64,000 nucleotides of DNA, taken from positions 4,278,001 through 4,342,000 of the forward strand of contig JAYWIR010000002.1 in the NCBI GenBank assembly GCA_036172245.1. Direction: 5' to 3'. The notes under the pieces were generated by a model, which saw only the letters and a program-made list of their open reading frames with translations, was not told the origin of the DNA and ran no database searches. This DNA comes from Raillietiella orientalis (Eukaryota). Position numbers and translations under genes: made by a program. How positions within the stretch are numbered: the first letter of the stretch is position 1; every line of letters starts with the position of its first letter. Of this stretch, positions 63,401 to 64,000 are shown piece after piece.

Positions 63401-64000
63401 TCGTTCCCATGGTTGCAGCATGGTTGCGCCTCATGTGCCGGAAAATCGTACCTTGTTTTCATCGAAGGAAAGGGAACCCGTTGTTTCCCAGATCATCAAA
63501 TAGGCGCCTTTTCATTGTGGGAAAGCACCCACGATTCCATCATGTCGTGTGCTATAAATGTTTCCGGAAAAACCAAGCGTCGAAATTCGGGTCTTCCCCT
63601 ATTTCACGTCGGGCGGCAAAAAGAACCGAAGCTGCCAATTGAGCATCACTATGGTAGCGCAAAGCAAATCGTCTTTATAGCAACTGTGGTGTGGAAATTG
63701 AGCAGCTTCCTTAGCCTTTTGTGGCTTCCTGAAATGCTGACCCTTCTGAAATAATGAACCTGCGCTGCTGGTGACCTTTCTCCATCAATAAATTTGAAGA
63801 TGGGACACGCAGCGGTCCAGACAATTCGAAATCAGTCTTGATAGGAAACCAAGGAGCCCATTGAATACCACACAGTGGGACAGACAGATATTCTTAAATT
63901 TTATTGGAGTAGTAAGGAGGCACTGATTGGACAAGTAAATTCGGAGGTTTTCTGCGGAATTAAATTCTGTTTGCTTACTTTTCTTATCACAGATTTCGGT

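Noticed and set aside
1-64000. CRISPR arrays, operons, rRNA or other prokaryotic systems
   Set aside because: The sequence is intron-containing animal DNA; no regularly spaced repeats or rRNA-like segments were seen.

Overview
Eukaryotic (invertebrate, arthropod-like) genomic DNA with many very short (45-65 nt) GT-AG introns; no prokaryotic systems are present. Four genes can be spliced by hand into open frames: CFAP206 (+, first exon probably upstream of the window), NCAPG/CAP-G (-, extreme 3' end uncertain), an aromatic L-amino acid decarboxylase (DDC-like, +) and OPA3 (-). A small C9orf40/AF1q-type (WRNPLP motif) gene stops only 17 nt before the NCAPG start codon, and there is a decayed CNOT1 fragment. 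Most remaining sequence, including large introns, is old, nested non-LTR retrotransposon debris of L1/Tx1 type (AP endonuclease, RT and C-terminal zinc-knuckle remnants), plus at least five copies of a long (~700 bp) tRNA-headed SINE-like element. Best leads: (1) the probable dicistronic or overlapping C9orf40-like/NCAPG unit; (2) a conserved two-hairpin plus AATAAA 3' terminus on the decayed LINEs; (3) the long SINE family; (4) a strong mosaic CpG/GC pattern. All homology calls come from motifs recognised by eye, not from database searches, and transposon boundaries are approximate.
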